Shown here one piece after another: positions 28,747 to 38,842 of a stretch of DNA of 64,000 nucleotides. Position numbers and translations under genes: made by a program. Positions within the stretch are counted from its first letter, which is position 1, and each line of letters opens with the position of its first letter. A model generated the notes under the pieces. It worked only from the letters and a program-made list of their open reading frames with translations. It was not told the DNA's origin and searched no databases. The stretch covers positions 83,581-147,580 of the forward strand of contig JBMOPU010000012.1 in the NCBI GenBank assembly GCA_049322955.1. The letters run 5' to 3'. This stretch comes from Patescibacteria group bacterium. GTDB lineage: Bacteria > Patescibacteriota > Microgenomatia > UBA10105 > UBA927.

Positions 28747-30870
28747 ATGGTGGCTCCTGAGGCACTACATATACCGGAGAAAAGCATACACGAAGCGTTA
28801 ATAAACGACGCGAGACGCCCCAAGTTGGTCGAGACACTCCCCGATTGGATGCAACGAGATACCCACGTACGATTCGGTGACCATGACATTGAACTGGAAA
28901 CAAACAGACTCCCGCGCATCGAAGGCGTCATGGGGGTTGTTAACCTCCTGCGGAAAGGCCAAGCGGAACTGAACCGGCCCTCAGGAGCCGTTACGCACGA
29001 GACGGCACAAGACAAGGAAGCTGGTGTGTTGCTTATCAAAAGCATTCTTGAAATAGCCGGGCTTGCGGCGGGTAGTGCCGCTATGAAAAAGGGTCGGGGC
29101 AAAAACGCCCTGCTTTTTTTGGGAGGGCTTGGGCTATTTGCCGGAGGCGGCATCGGGCTCACGATGGATTTATCGGGCTGTGCCTCTGCGATAGCGACCG
29201 AAGTGCCCCCGGGCACGCCGACCGCGCTTCCTGCGACGGAAATGCCCCCACAAGTTACCGTAACGCCGCTCAGCAACGAGGTTGTGGTGGGAACGCCTTC
29301 TTCCGCACCCGAGACCCCCGCTCCCATCCAAGGGGCATCATATCCTACCGAGGTATCGGTTCTTGAATCGCCGCTTGTGTATAGTTACGGAGGCGAGGCG
29401 GGACGCCAAAACATGAACGAATATACCCGGCAATTATTTGACCGTTATGTTGCGGAAATGAGTCGCTCCGGGTTCCTTACGGGTACCACCGTTGACCAGC
29501 TCTATCGATCCTTTGACCAGGGATACGATTTTAAACTTTTCACTACGGATCAGGGGCTTACCTGGTTAGTGCAAAGCAAATCTGATGGGAGCTTCTTGGT
29601 GCCAAAAGATCTGGACGGACAAATTTTTCGTGATTTACAACTTCCGTATAATTACCTGTTTGACTCAGGAGTAGCCGTTGAGGTTGGGCTTGATAACTTT
29701 AATTTCCAACGGTTTCAGGCAAACAAAGTAGGGTTTGTCGGCGCATGGCCGGTGCTTGTCACGGTTGACGGACAAGGTGTTCCGGTGAGTTGGGTGAACA
29801 TGGAACAGGGTGGTGCCGCAACCCCGATTACGGTAGCCTCTACAGTAGAGGCACCTACCCATGCATCGACCGATGTCCCCGACTCCCGTGTCGCCCTTAC
29901 GGTGGGAGCCGAGACGTTTCGAGTAACCACCGACGTTCGGTATTCGGAGTCGATCACCGATGTCAACATCGATCCTGCAAAGGCACAAAAAATCGGTGAA
30001 GTATTGGTCTATACCGATGCCGCAGGACGACTACTCTGGAATGAGCACCTGCAGGCATGGGTGCCGGAGTTTGGAACCAGTATGGACTATAAAACTCCCG
30101 AAACCGCACCAGTAGTACCGTTTGATGCGTATTATGACGGATCGAAGCCTGATGCCAGTACGTATATACCAAGTTCAGCCGCTTTGAGTGATATGTTGTA
30201 TATAGCCGAACACCCAGACCTGATTTCTCCTGATGCGTCATATCCCTACTATAGAGTGGCACTCTTCGGCAATGATAAAGCGAGGATAGGCTACGAAATT
30301 GTTCTTACTGGACCAAATCAATATCTTATTAGTAACGAAAACAAGACGGAGGTAACAAACAAAAAGCCGTTACCGTTTAATTATTTTGGTGTTCAGCAAA
30401 CAAAAGATAAAGACGGCAACATAATTTACGTTATAAAAAAGGCTAACTGGAATCCGATGCCGACAAATGAGCGAAATATCCTTGTGACTAATATGGGATT
30501 TGATAAGTCTGCATATGATGAATGGTTTAAATATCCATTAATTATGAGATACATTGAAGCCGATTCCTCAGTGACTGGTGGTGAGCTTGTGCCTCTTTTT
30601 CTTTCACCTGACGGACAGTTTCAGGAAACGAATCCGAATCTTTTTTATCTTGAAACTCAGCCGGCGAATCCTCATGTGGCCGCACTTGTGAGTAAAGATC
30701 TGACTGATATTTTTAGTCAGGAGGTCCAGACCAGTATTGATCTCCTGTATCCGCAGATAAATAAGCCTTTTGACGAAAAAACGAACCCAGGAAGCTATCT
30801 CATAGGAGTCTTACCGTCTGGGTTAACAAATATGATTCACTATACAGGAGTCCAGACGTTTTATCCCTAA
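28747..30870 (+). CDS. Hypothetical membrane-anchored surface protein with Pro/Thr linker
   Basis: 707 aa; hydrophobic segment ending LSGC, then a P/T/A/E-rich linker. Confidence 0.7.
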   Translation: MVAPEALHIPEKSIHEALINDARRPKLVETLPDWMQRDTHVRFGDHDIELETNRLPRIEGVMGVVNLLRKGQAELNRPSGAVTHETAQDKEAGVLLIKSILEIAGLAAGSAAMKKGRGKNALLFLGGLGLFAGGGIGLTMDLSGCASAIATEVPPGTPTALPATEMPPQVTVTPLSNEVVVGTPSSAPETPAPIQGASYPTEVSVLESPLVYSYGGEAGRQNMNEYTRQLFDRYVAEMSRSGFLTGTTVDQLYRSFDQGYDFKLFTTDQGLTWLVQSKSDGSFLVPKDLDGQIFRDLQLPYNYLFDSGVAVEVGLDNFNFQRFQANKVGFVGAWPVLVTVDGQGVPVSWVNMEQGGAATPITVASTVEAPTHASTDVPDSRVALTVGAETFRVTTDVRYSESITDVNIDPAKAQKIGEVLVYTDAAGRLLWNEHLQAWVPEFGTSMDYKTPETAPVVPFDAYYDGSKPDASTYIPSSAALSDMLYIAEHPDLISPDASYPYYRVALFGNDKARIGYEIVLTGPNQYLISNENKTEVTNKKPLPFNYFGVQQTKDKDGNIIYVIKKANWNPMPTNERNILVTNMGFDKSAYDEWFKYPLIMRYIEADSSVTGGELVPLFLSPDGQFQETNPNLFYLETQPANPHVAALVSKDLTDIFSQEVQTSIDLLYPQINKPFDEKTNPGSYLIGVLPSGLTNMIHYTGVQTFYP

Positions 30871-30941
30871 AAGCATAAAGAGAGCCTCCCCTGCCCTTAG
30901 TCTAATTGCATCTTCGTTCGGCTTTTGTTACAGTTTTCTTA

Positions 30942-32552
30942 ATGAGGAAGTTATTGTTTTTTATCGTATTGCTTTTCCTCTTTGTGCCGTTCGCTTCTGT
31001 ATCCGCGCAATATGTCACCCCTACGCAGGGTATCACCCCCACCGCTTGTCAACCGAGAACTTGTGATCAGCCTCCACCCAGTAATTGTAGTACTCTTCCA
31101 AATACAACATGGGGATCATTCCCTGTCTGTAATCATGGTGCTGACGGGTGTGGAGCGGTGTGGAGTTGTACGCAGACAACGGGTTGTACGGACGATGCCT
31201 CTTGGTCAGATTGGTCAGGATGTGCACCGGGAATAGAAGGAGAAACGAGGTACTGTATTAACTCAGCCTGTTGTGGTAATGCCGCCGAAGCACGTCTTTG
31301 TGATCCCAGTCCGACGGGACCCGGAGGACCGGGAGGAAACCCAACTGATCCGCCCGGGGTACCAACGGCCACACCCAACACTCCGCAGATCGGTGATATT
31401 CAGGCTCGAGCCGTTCAAGTAGATCCCGCCGATACGTCGTGTGCCGCCATCCGGGCAATTCCCACGACCGACGGCGAAGTGAACGGCGCGGTGCATCAGT
31501 TCACTCCCTCATCCGCTAGCCAACCGGCCGCCCAAACACAAACAGGTGCAAATTACGTAACCTTTGCCAATGTTGCGGCAGGGACCTACACGATAGATCC
31601 CAGTCCCCCAAGCGCGGATTGGGCATACGTACGGGCTTGCTCCAGAAACCTTGACAATGGTACCAATGCCGAAGGACTTTCACGCAACCTGCCCAATGCC
31701 GCGGTGCTCCGATGGGATATCGGATACACTTTAGGAACCGCGTGGGTGCAAGCTCAGGGAGGTGACGTCTATAGTTCGGGAACCATCCGTTCCTATCTTC
31801 CGTCGGTGACGCCAAGAGTATTTATCACCGACGGGACGGGCGGCTATCCCGGCATCATGACGTACGGCACAAGCTTTGATTTTGACAGCGATCCGTATGA
31901 AACGGGAGCGACTATCGTATCTGCCGACAACTGGCAGGTCAACGCAAGCCGTGCGAGCGTCAATTACTATGACTATTTTTACCGACGGTTCGGTGCCCCG
32001 ACGACTCCGACAACCGCCGCTCCGTTTGATAACCTCACCGCGGTTACGCAACCCGCGTCAAACTGTACGGCATCGACCTGTACTCCCTACTATGTCGTCG
32101 GAGATATGACGACCAGCGGCGCCTGGTCGGTGGGTGCCGATGAGCGGATAGTAATTCTTGTGAACGGTAATTTAACTATCGGCGGACGAATCAATATTAC
32201 GGGTAACGGCTTTATCGCATTCATCGTCAACGGGACAATCACGGTTTCGGATACCGTGGGTACGACGGCCGCTTCCACAACCCCCGTTGTCGAGGGCATT
32301 TATATCGCGACAACCGAAACTCAAACCGGGAGCATCAATACGGGCGAAAGTTTAGCGGCGGGAACTGCCCGATTTGTCGGAAAGGGCATGTTCGTCTCAA
32401 ACGGCTTCCTTCTTCAACGGGATCTACAGGGTTTTGGCTCGGGAAATACCGCAAATGCCGCGGAGTTATTCGTATATAATCCTCAGCTCTTGCTTACGAT
32501 GCCCGACAGTATGAAGGAGTTATCCGTCACCTGGCAGGAGGTATCACCGTAA
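30942..32552 (+). CDS. Secreted Cys-rich surface protein
   Basis: Signal peptide MRKLLFFIVLL...VSA, Cys-rich region with WSDWSGC, P/G/T linker, beta-rich C-terminus ending WQEVSP. Confidence 0.7.
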   Translation: MRKLLFFIVLLFLFVPFASVSAQYVTPTQGITPTACQPRTCDQPPPSNCSTLPNTTWGSFPVCNHGADGCGAVWSCTQTTGCTDDASWSDWSGCAPGIEGETRYCINSACCGNAAEARLCDPSPTGPGGPGGNPTDPPGVPTATPNTPQIGDIQARAVQVDPADTSCAAIRAIPTTDGEVNGAVHQFTPSSASQPAAQTQTGANYVTFANVAAGTYTIDPSPPSADWAYVRACSRNLDNGTNAEGLSRNLPNAAVLRWDIGYTLGTAWVQAQGGDVYSSGTIRSYLPSVTPRVFITDGTGGYPGIMTYGTSFDFDSDPYETGATIVSADNWQVNASRASVNYYDYFYRRFGAPTTPTTAAPFDNLTAVTQPASNCTASTCTPYYVVGDMTTSGAWSVGADERIVILVNGNLTIGGRINITGNGFIAFIVNGTITVSDTVGTTAASTTPVVEGIYIATTETQTGSINTGESLAAGTARFVGKGMFVSNGFLLQRDLQGFGSGNTANAAELFVYNPQLLLTMPDSMKELSVTWQEVSP

Positions 32553-32571
32553 TTTTGATACAATAAGGGGC

Positions 32572-33969
32572 ATGACCTTCGAACAGCTTCGGTTGAAGCA
32601 CCCACGACTCATTTATAAGCGATACAACGTAACCAAATCCGATGCGGCGATTACGATAGAACATGAATTTCTGCTTGAGCCTGATATACCGTTTCGCGCA
32701 TCCACTACCATTCCCCATACGGGTGAGTTTCACGAGGAGGCGTTTGCCCCCTATGCGTTCCATTTAGGGCTGATTGAAGCGGTAAGCTATTGGAAAACGG
32801 CATGCCCCCGTGAATTTGTAGTAGAAGCGGGATATCTTGACGCTACGCAACTGCGGTTTTGGTACGATCTTTTCATCCATGGGTTGGGCGAGTTTTTCTA
32901 TCGAAATGCCATAGACTTCACCGCTCCCGAATTTCTTACCATTCGTACTACGGGTGAAGCGTTGCCTCCGAGCATTCCGTTTTCCCCCGCAGATATCGCC
33001 TCAACGGATCTGGTACTCGTCGGCGGCGGCAAGGATACTGCAGTGACGTTGGGAATGTTAAAAAATAGCGATAGAACAATCCAAACCATGATTGTTAATC
33101 CGACTGACGCGGCACGAAAATCCGTTGCTATCGCCCACTTCTCCTCCCCTCTTATCGTGAGGCGGGTAATGGATCCGCAACTTATGATCTTAAATAAGTC
33201 GGGGTATTTAAACGGGCATACCCCATTTTCCGCCTATCTTGCATTTCTTGGTATAGCGGTTGCATTTCTCCATAGAAATACTTCGGTGATTGTCTCCAAC
33301 GAAAGAAGTGCAAACGAAGGAAACGTTGTCTATAAGGGAATGGAAATAAATCATCAATACTCCAAAAGTTTCCGCTTTGAAACGCTGTTTCGCCGGTATA
33401 TTGCGGATGTATTTCCCGCGGCGGCTAACTACTTTAGCATGCTTCGTCCGTTAAACGATATTCAGATCGGGTTACTCTTTGCAAGGCTTCCGGAGTTTTT
33501 TCCCACTATCAGGAGTTGCAACGCCGGAAGTAAAAAAGGTATTTGGTGCGGGAAGTGCTCCAAATGTGCCTTCACCTACCTTGTCCTTTCTCCGTTTATC
33601 GCCGAAGCGGATCTTCTTCGCATATTCGGGAGTGATTATTTTCATGATCCCGATATCATCCAATATGTCCGTGAGCTCGTCGGGTTAACCCCGGTGAAAC
33701 CCTTTGAATGTGTGGGCACCCGGGATGAGGCAAAACTCTCGTTGCTTCTTGCGATTTCCCGGTATAAAAAAGAATCACGGGAAATACCCGAGGGCTTGCT
33801 TACGATAAAAAGTGATCTCGGTCTTACCGAAGAAGATACCTTGTTTCTCAAGGAACGGGTATTTGATGCGTGGGGTGATACCTTTAATCTCCCGCCGGAG
33901 CATATGAGTCTGCTTCGACTTACTTGGGAGAGAGCGCGAGAAAACTACGAGAAAACCGCACAACCATGA
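32572..33969 (+). CDS. murL: UDP-MurNAc-L-Ala-L-Glu epimerase MurL-like
   Basis: SYWK, GGGKD, LNGHTPFS, SNERSANEG, NHQYSKS, SCN...WCGKCSKC, KPFECVG; coupled to murD. Confidence 0.8.
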   Translation: MTFEQLRLKHPRLIYKRYNVTKSDAAITIEHEFLLEPDIPFRASTTIPHTGEFHEEAFAPYAFHLGLIEAVSYWKTACPREFVVEAGYLDATQLRFWYDLFIHGLGEFFYRNAIDFTAPEFLTIRTTGEALPPSIPFSPADIASTDLVLVGGGKDTAVTLGMLKNSDRTIQTMIVNPTDAARKSVAIAHFSSPLIVRRVMDPQLMILNKSGYLNGHTPFSAYLAFLGIAVAFLHRNTSVIVSNERSANEGNVVYKGMEINHQYSKSFRFETLFRRYIADVFPAAANYFSMLRPLNDIQIGLLFARLPEFFPTIRSCNAGSKKGIWCGKCSKCAFTYLVLSPFIAEADLLRIFGSDYFHDPDIIQYVRELVGLTPVKPFECVGTRDEAKLSLLLAISRYKKESREIPEGLLTIKSDLGLTEEDTLFLKERVFDAWGDTFNLPPEHMSLLRLTWERARENYEKTAQP

Positions 33970-35333
33970 ACGAAATACACGGCACATCAGCACTCATTGT
34001 CGGATTCGGCCGGGAAGGTAAAAGCGTGTTGGCATGGCTCAATACGCACTATCCGAACCTTCGTATCGGAGTTGCCGATCGGACATTTGCACCCGACCAT
34101 ATGTCAGGAAGCACAAAGGATGGGGTGACGGTGTATAACGGAGAAGGATACCTTTCGCATTTGGCTGAGTATGACACGGTTATTCGAAGCCCGGGCGTAT
34201 CCCCGTATCTTCCCGAGTTTATTGCATATAAGAAGGGACCCGGTCATCTGACGAGCGCAACTAATATTTTCTTTTCGAAAGTCAAAGGGATTACGGTGGG
34301 AATAACCGGTACCAAGGGGAAAAGTACCACGTCAAGTCTTATCGCACACCTTTTGAAATTTCACTATACCGATGTCCGCCTCGTCGGGAATATCGGTATC
34401 CCCATGTTGGATTCCCTCGATACCGCTACATCAAAAACGGTGTTTGTCATGGAGCTTTCGAGTCATCAGCTCTATGATTGCCGGTATAGCCCGCAGGTGG
34501 CGGTGATGTTGGGAATCGTATCAGAACATCTGGATTACTATCCGGATCTCATAAGCTATGCGCATGCGAAAGCAAATATCATAGCGCATCAGACAAGCGA
34601 TGGGTTGTTAATTTATAATCCGGCTCATACCATCCTTCGTACGCTTGCCGCCTCCCATCGGGGAAAGAAAATTACGTATGGTTTGGAGAAGGCCGACGAA
34701 CACCACGTCACGATAAAAGATGGGATAATCACCGTGAATCAAAAAGGACGATTGGTATCGGTGATACCGATGACACAAGTTCCCCTTCTCGGAAATCAGG
34801 AGAATATTCTCGCCGCCGTCTCCGCGGCTTCGGTACTGGGTGTATCACCCGAAGTGATTGCGCAGGCAATTACCCCGTTTCAATCACTTCCCCACCGTCT
34901 CGAATACGTCGGGGAATTTTTGGGCATTCGATTCTATAACGACTCGCTCGCAACGATTCCCCAAGCGACGATTCATGCGCTTTCCGCACTCGGTCCCGAT
35001 GCAAGCACCCTTATTGCCGGAGGCTACGATCGACATCTGGATTTTGCCGAACTCGGAGCATATCTGCGGAGTCATCCGATAAAAACGCTTATTCTTTTTC
35101 CCGACACCGGCGAAAAAATATGGGAGGCAATCGGCCAAGTACAGGCCGGGGCAATTACCAGATTTACCGTGAACACGATGAAAGAAGCGGTACAACTGGC
35201 ATATGACAACACTCCGCAAGGAGCAATTTGTCTGCTCTCACCGGGAAGTGCAAGCTATAATCTATTTCGTGATTATGCCGATCGGGGAGATCAGTTTAAG
35301 CACTGGGTAAGGGCTTTTGGTGGTGCGCAGTGA
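33966..35333 (+). CDS. murD: UDP-MurNAc-L-Ala:glutamate ligase (MurD; probably the L-Glu-adding MurD2)
   Basis: GFGREG, RSPGVS, ITGTKGKSTT, ELSSHQL, EHLDY, LPHRLE, NDSLAT, LLSPGSASY. Confidence 0.92.
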   Translation: MNEIHGTSALIVGFGREGKSVLAWLNTHYPNLRIGVADRTFAPDHMSGSTKDGVTVYNGEGYLSHLAEYDTVIRSPGVSPYLPEFIAYKKGPGHLTSATNIFFSKVKGITVGITGTKGKSTTSSLIAHLLKFHYTDVRLVGNIGIPMLDSLDTATSKTVFVMELSSHQLYDCRYSPQVAVMLGIVSEHLDYYPDLISYAHAKANIIAHQTSDGLLIYNPAHTILRTLAASHRGKKITYGLEKADEHHVTIKDGIITVNQKGRLVSVIPMTQVPLLGNQENILAAVSAASVLGVSPEVIAQAITPFQSLPHRLEYVGEFLGIRFYNDSLATIPQATIHALSALGPDASTLIAGGYDRHLDFAELGAYLRSHPIKTLILFPDTGEKIWEAIGQVQAGAITRFTVNTMKEAVQLAYDNTPQGAICLLSPGSASYNLFRDYADRGDQFKHWVRAFGGAQ

Positions 35334-35386
35334 CCCTCCTTTTATCGTGACTTGTAGAAAACTCGGTAATTCGGTATACTATTGCT

Positions 35387-35524
35387 ATGCCAAAGCGAAC
35401 CTACCAACCAAAGAAACTCAAGCGCAAACGAGTCCACGGATTCCGTGAACGGATGAAAACCGTGAAGGGCAGACTGGTATTGAAGCGTCGCCGATCTATC
35501 GGGCGAAAAAAGCTTACTGTCTAA
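35387..35524 (+). CDS. rpmH: 50S ribosomal protein L34
   Basis: Not in the ORF track; [45 protein letters not shown]. Confidence 0.97.
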   Translation: MPKRTYQPKKLKRKRVHGFRERMKTVKGRLVLKRRRSIGRKKLTV

Positions 35525-35531
35525 TTATTTC

Positions 35532-35864
35532 ATGCTTCCACAATCTCTGCGTGTCCCCTCTCGGCTCATTTTGCCATTGCTCCGTCGCGGCAAAAAGATC
35601 AGAGAAGGTTCGCTTGAACTGGTCTTTGAACGAACATCGGCAAAAAGCGCATTTGCCTGTATCGTCCCCGTGAAAGTTGATAAGCGTGCAACCAAGCGAA
35701 ACCGCATGAAGCGTCTTGTTCGGGAAGCGGTAGCCTTGCTGTTACCGGAAATAACCGTTGACTTCATCGGAATTATTGTCGTCCGGGGGAAGATCCCCGA
35801 CATGCAACAAGAGGTTGTTTCCCTTGTTCGCAACGCCCTGATAAAGGCGGGGTTGCATCAATAA
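35532..35864 (+). CDS. rnpA: Ribonuclease P protein component
   Basis: [18 protein letters not shown] (RNR motif); canonical position after rpmH. Confidence 0.92.
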   Translation: MLPQSLRVPSRLILPLLRRGKKIREGSLELVFERTSAKSAFACIVPVKVDKRATKRNRMKRLVREAVALLLPEITVDFIGIIVVRGKIPDMQQEVVSLVRNALIKAGLHQ

Positions 35865-35865
35865 T

Positions 35866-36111
35866 ATGAAAACCACACTCCTCGCCGCCATACGCTGGTA
35901 TCAAAAATATCTTTCTCCCGATACCGGAGTATTCCGTTCGCTCTGGCTTGTTGGAGCGGGGTGTCGGTATCAACCGACATGTAGTGAGTATATGTATCAA
36001 GCGGTGAATCGCTATGGTATAATCTACGGATTGTGGTTAGGGGTGCGAAGGATCATGCGCTGTCACCCCTTAGCCCGCGGAGGATTCGATCCTGTTCCTT
36101 CGTCCCGATAA
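35866..36111 (+). CDS. yidD: Membrane protein insertion efficiency factor
   Basis: [21 protein letters not shown]...GGFDPVP. Confidence 0.95.
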   Translation: MKTTLLAAIRWYQKYLSPDTGVFRSLWLVGAGCRYQPTCSEYMYQAVNRYGIIYGLWLGVRRIMRCHPLARGGFDPVPSSR

Positions 36112-36115
36112 TATT

Positions 36116-36919
36116 ATGACAAATCCTACCCTGTGGAATCAGTTGCTCGTTTGGCCCATCATCAACCTTCTCATGGTGTTTTACAAGTTTTTTGAATGGC
36201 TCAATATTCCAGGACCGTTGGGATTTGCGGTGATTGCTCTGACCGTTGCCATCCGATTTATTCTGTATCCCCTCATGGGAGCACAGATGAAATCCGCAAA
36301 AAAGATGCAGGCACTTAAGCCTCATTTGGATGCGTTAAGCGCAAAGCACAAGGACGATAAAAAAGCACTGCAACAGGCGCAAATGGATTTATATAAAGCG
36401 CATAACATAAATCCCGCCGCAGGATGCCTGCCGCTTCTCGTGCAAATGCCCGTACTGATCGCGCTCTACAACGTGTTTTATCAGGTTTTGCAAAACGGAG
36501 ATCTTGCAAAGCTTGTCAATGATCTTAATCAAGTGGCGTACACGTCCTCTCTCAAAATTGGTACATTGGATCTTTCGTTTTTCGGAACAAATCTCGGGAT
36601 TAAACCCAGTCAATGGCAGACGCACGGATATTGGTTGCTTCTTATTCCCGTTATTACCGCGGCGCTTCAATGGTGGCAAAGCAAATTGGTGATGCCTCCC
36701 GCACCGGCGCCGGGATTGGTGAAGCATGCAACCGGGAAAGATGCGGAAGAAAAAAAACCGGAAGATACCGCGCTTGAGATGCAGAGACAAATGGCAATGA
36801 TAACACCGATTATGTTTGGTATGTTCGCCTACCAGTTTCCATTGGGATTGGCGCTCTACTGGAACGTTTTCGGGCTTTTTGGTATTATTCAGCAGCTTCA
36901 AATAAATAAGGAGGCATAA
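36116..36919 (+). CDS. yidC: YidC/Oxa1 membrane insertase (short form)
   Basis: NPAAGCLPLLVQMPVLIALY, PLGLALYW. Confidence 0.93.
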   Translation: MTNPTLWNQLLVWPIINLLMVFYKFFEWLNIPGPLGFAVIALTVAIRFILYPLMGAQMKSAKKMQALKPHLDALSAKHKDDKKALQQAQMDLYKAHNINPAAGCLPLLVQMPVLIALYNVFYQVLQNGDLAKLVNDLNQVAYTSSLKIGTLDLSFFGTNLGIKPSQWQTHGYWLLLIPVITAALQWWQSKLVMPPAPAPGLVKHATGKDAEEKKPEDTALEMQRQMAMITPIMFGMFAYQFPLGLALYWNVFGLFGIIQQLQINKEA

Positions 36920-36921
36920 CT

Positions 36922-37377
36922 ATGGAAGACATACAAGTGGTTACCGGGGTAGTCGAAGAGCTTATTCAAAAGCTTGAAATAGTCGGTACGGTTTCCGTAA
37001 CTACCGACGAAACGGACGCGTTTCGTATCAATATTGCCACCGAAGAAACGGGGCTCCTCATCGGACATCACGGGAAAACACTTGAAAGTCTCCAGGTTAT
37101 TTTGGGGGTGATTGTTTCCAAAAAGCTCGGACGATGGGTAAAAGCGTACGTAAATGTTGGTGACTATCGTGAAAAACGCGAAGAGGCATTAATGCATATG
37201 GCACAACGTGCGGCCGATCGTGCCCTCGCATCGGGAAGACCTGTCGAGCTTTCCCGACTTTCCCCGGCAGAACGAAGAATAATTCATTTAACACTTTCCG
37301 GTGATGAACGCATTGAGACGGAATCAATGGGTGAAGGAGATGGTCGCATTCTGCTCGTCAAACCCAAAAGCGTATAA
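36922..37377 (+). CDS. jag: Jag/KhpB (KH + R3H) RNA-binding protein
   Basis: GLLIGHHGKTLESLQ, ERRIIH, TESMGEG. Confidence 0.9.
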   Translation: MEDIQVVTGVVEELIQKLEIVGTVSVTTDETDAFRINIATEETGLLIGHHGKTLESLQVILGVIVSKKLGRWVKAYVNVGDYREKREEALMHMAQRAADRALASGRPVELSRLSPAERRIIHLTLSGDERIETESMGEGDGRILLVKPKSV

Positions 37378-37385
37378 TAGCCGTA

Positions 37386-38729
37386 ATGGCACTGCATAGA
37401 AGATTATTTTTTCTTCTTATTCTCTTTTTACCCACGCAACTCGGAATACATTTTTGGCCGGAATGGACCCACGTGTTGGGACGAAGAGTCGATTATCTTT
37501 CGCCCACCATTTATTTTACCGACGTGCTGTTGCTTGCCGTGTTTTTCACGTGGATGGTCTCTTTGAGGCAAAAGAAATTTTTGCGAAAACTAACCATCCC
37601 ATTCCCTTTCTCTCTAACTGCAGTAGTGCTCGTGGGTGTTACTGTCGGAAACATTTCTGTTGCGGCAAATACGCCGCTGGTGATATATAAGTGGATAAAA
37701 TTTTATGAATACCTTTTGCTTGGATGGTATATTATTGCGACGAACGTGCGGATGAAAGATATTGTCCTCCCGCTTGCCATTGCAGTCCTTTACTCATCAC
37801 TCATTGCATTGACCCAGTTTATTTTGCAACGATCCGTCGGCGGCGTGCTATGGTTTTTGGGTGAACGCTCATTTATGATTGACACTCCGGGAATTGCCAG
37901 GATTGCGCTTTGCACCCGGTATAGCACCGATTGTCCGCTACTGCTTCGGTCGTACGCGACCTTCCCCCACCCCAATGTATTTGCTGGATTTGTTGCGGTA
38001 GCGCTCCCCTATTTTTTACTTCGTATCCTGCGTACCGACTTATGGTTGGGTCCCTTTTGGCTTGCAATAGCGGCATTCATGGTGAGTGTTGCGGGATTGC
38101 TGACCTCATTTAGCCGGAGTGCATGGGCCGTGAGCGTCATCATGGTATTGGGCACGTGGCTTATCGTAAAAATATTGTCGCGACACAAAAAAATTGCGAC
38201 TTTCCATCCGCTTACCGTGGCGGCCTTTTTTAGTGCGATTTGTTTCATCGTATTGGTTATGCTACGGCTTCCGGCAAGATCCGACGAATCTCTCGTGATT
38301 CGGCAGCAATTACATCAAACCGCAATCCATATGTGGACTACAACACCGTTTTTCGGAGTAGGACTCGGGAATTTTCTTATAGAGCTCCCCTCCTTTGCTC
38401 CCTACAGAGCAGGAAATTTTTTACAGCCGGTGCACAATATCTATGTGTTATTCATGACTGAAGCCGGCATCGCCGGATGGGGTGTATTGCTTATTCTGGG
38501 GGGCATGTGTTTCTTACACAGGAGACGCATAGGGTATGCTGTCATGCACAATCTCGATGACGTGACACTCCCCCTTCTTTCCTTATGCGGCGTCCTCCTT
38601 TTGGGTGTGGTTGACCACTATCCGATAACCCTTCAACAAGGGCAATTGCTTTCTTGTGTCTTTGCCTCCGTTATCGCGGGACAATTTATATCCAGTAGCA
38701 ACGCTAAAAGATCTCATTTTCTGGACTAA
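37386..38729 (+). CDS. O-antigen ligase family membrane protein
   Basis: RSYATFPHPNVFAG, SFSRSAW, FFGVGLGNF, QPVHNIY. Confidence 0.85.
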   Translation: MALHRRLFFLLILFLPTQLGIHFWPEWTHVLGRRVDYLSPTIYFTDVLLLAVFFTWMVSLRQKKFLRKLTIPFPFSLTAVVLVGVTVGNISVAANTPLVIYKWIKFYEYLLLGWYIIATNVRMKDIVLPLAIAVLYSSLIALTQFILQRSVGGVLWFLGERSFMIDTPGIARIALCTRYSTDCPLLLRSYATFPHPNVFAGFVAVALPYFLLRILRTDLWLGPFWLAIAAFMVSVAGLLTSFSRSAWAVSVIMVLGTWLIVKILSRHKKIATFHPLTVAAFFSAICFIVLVMLRLPARSDESLVIRQQLHQTAIHMWTTTPFFGVGLGNFLIELPSFAPYRAGNFLQPVHNIYVLFMTEAGIAGWGVLLILGGMCFLHRRRIGYAVMHNLDDVTLPLLSLCGVLLLGVVDHYPITLQQGQLLSCVFASVIAGQFISSSNAKRSHFLD

Positions 38730-38842
38730 CGGCATCGGCTTACCACTACACGTGCGTATGCATCGCGTCCGGACATGCGAGTGTCGACACATTTTCATAG
38801 CGTGAGAGGAAGAAACGCACCGGTATCTGTTACAATGAGCCC

